Shown here: positions 63,425-64,000 of the stretch, piece by piece
Position numbering within the stretch: position 1 is the first letter of the stretch
How the letters are laid out: every line of letters starts with the position of its first letter
DNA from: Eledone cirrhosa
Taxonomy: Eukaryota
Direction: 5' to 3'
Length of the DNA stretch: 64,000 nt
Assembly: GCA_964016885.1 (NCBI GenBank)
Contig: OZ024750.1
Location: 31,248,001-31,312,000, forward strand
The notes under the pieces: model-generated
The model's database searches: none
What the model saw: the letters and a program-made list of their open reading frames with translations, nothing else
Told to the model about the DNA's origin: nothing
Position numbers and translations under genes: made by a program

Positions 63425-63835
63425 GCTTCAGCATTCGGCCATCAAAGGAAGAAAGGTCGTTGATGTAAAAGCCAAATTCGCCTTCTTTAATTCGGTATTC
63501 GCTCCCGCTATTACCTATAGTCATGAATGTTGGGTAATGCTTGGAAGAATACTATCGTGAATACAAACTGTTGAAATGGAGGTTCCTTCATAGGGTCTTT
63601 GGAATGTCGTTACTCTACAGTGTGTGTAGTTCGGAGATCAAGGAATCGCTCTAATTAGATCCGCTACATCTCCGAATTGAGATATCACAGCTCCAATACT
63701 ACAGGCATGAGGTCAGAATGTCTCAGGAAAGAATCACCGAAAAGATTTCACAGGAGAACCCAATCAGCAGGAGACCCAATGGTAGACCCAGAGCAAGATG
63801 GTTAGAGAAAATCCTTGAGTTCGGGGATCTAGCCA
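63425..63835 (+). mobile_element. Decayed RTE-clade (Rex3/Expander-like) RT C-terminal fragment
   Basis: Translates with disruptions as AKFAFFNSVFAPAITYSHECWVM..IQTVEM/FLHRVFG..SSEIKESL*LDPLHLRIEISQLQYYRHEVRMSQERI..RRPNGRPRARW, matching the RTE consensus P.L.YG.E.W..EM.FLRR..GH..RM..RPRGRPR.RW. Confidence 0.85.
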
Positions 63836-63919
63836 GAACAATTGCTTCTGTAACATGAAAAAAAAATTTCTTGAGTAAAACACTTCCCTTCACGTTGCTT
63901 CAGTATATTCAGCTGAAAA

Positions 63920-64000
63920 TTAGTACCACCATTATCGACCCCGTAAGGATGAAAGGCAAAGTTCACCTTGGTTGGATTTGAACTCAAATCGTAAAGGCTC
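63920..64000 (-). mobile_element. SINE fragment running off the right edge
   Basis: TTATCGACCCCGTAAGGATGAAAGGCAAAGTTCACCTTGG..TTTGAACTCA. Confidence 0.85.

Overview
Eukaryotic, AT-rich, repeat-only DNA. The abundant tRNA-derived SINE family resembles, from memory, those of Octopus/coleoid cephalopods; this is an inference. No host gene is supported. Positions 1 to ~39.4 kb are a very homogeneous 50-bp satellite (~790 monomers, palindrome-rich, with multi-kb internal duplications). Positions 39.4-49.9 kb are SINE- and microsatellite-rich spacer with old RTE fragments. The most interesting part is 49.9-59.2 kb, a pile-up of retroelements punctuated by (TACA)n tracts. It holds three R4/Dong-clade non-LTR retrotransposons (RT + CCHC + restriction-like endonuclease) from two distinct families, all on the + strand and all bounded by (TACA)n. 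It also holds three copies of a ~580-bp non-autonomous, bipartite RTE-derived element on the - strand that ends in (ATGT)n. This suggests (TACA)n-specific targeting and a possible seed-and-colonise relationship between the two retroelement clades. The window ends with a 64-bp minisatellite, a GC-rich LINE-5'UTR-like island, an RTE RT remnant and more SINEs.
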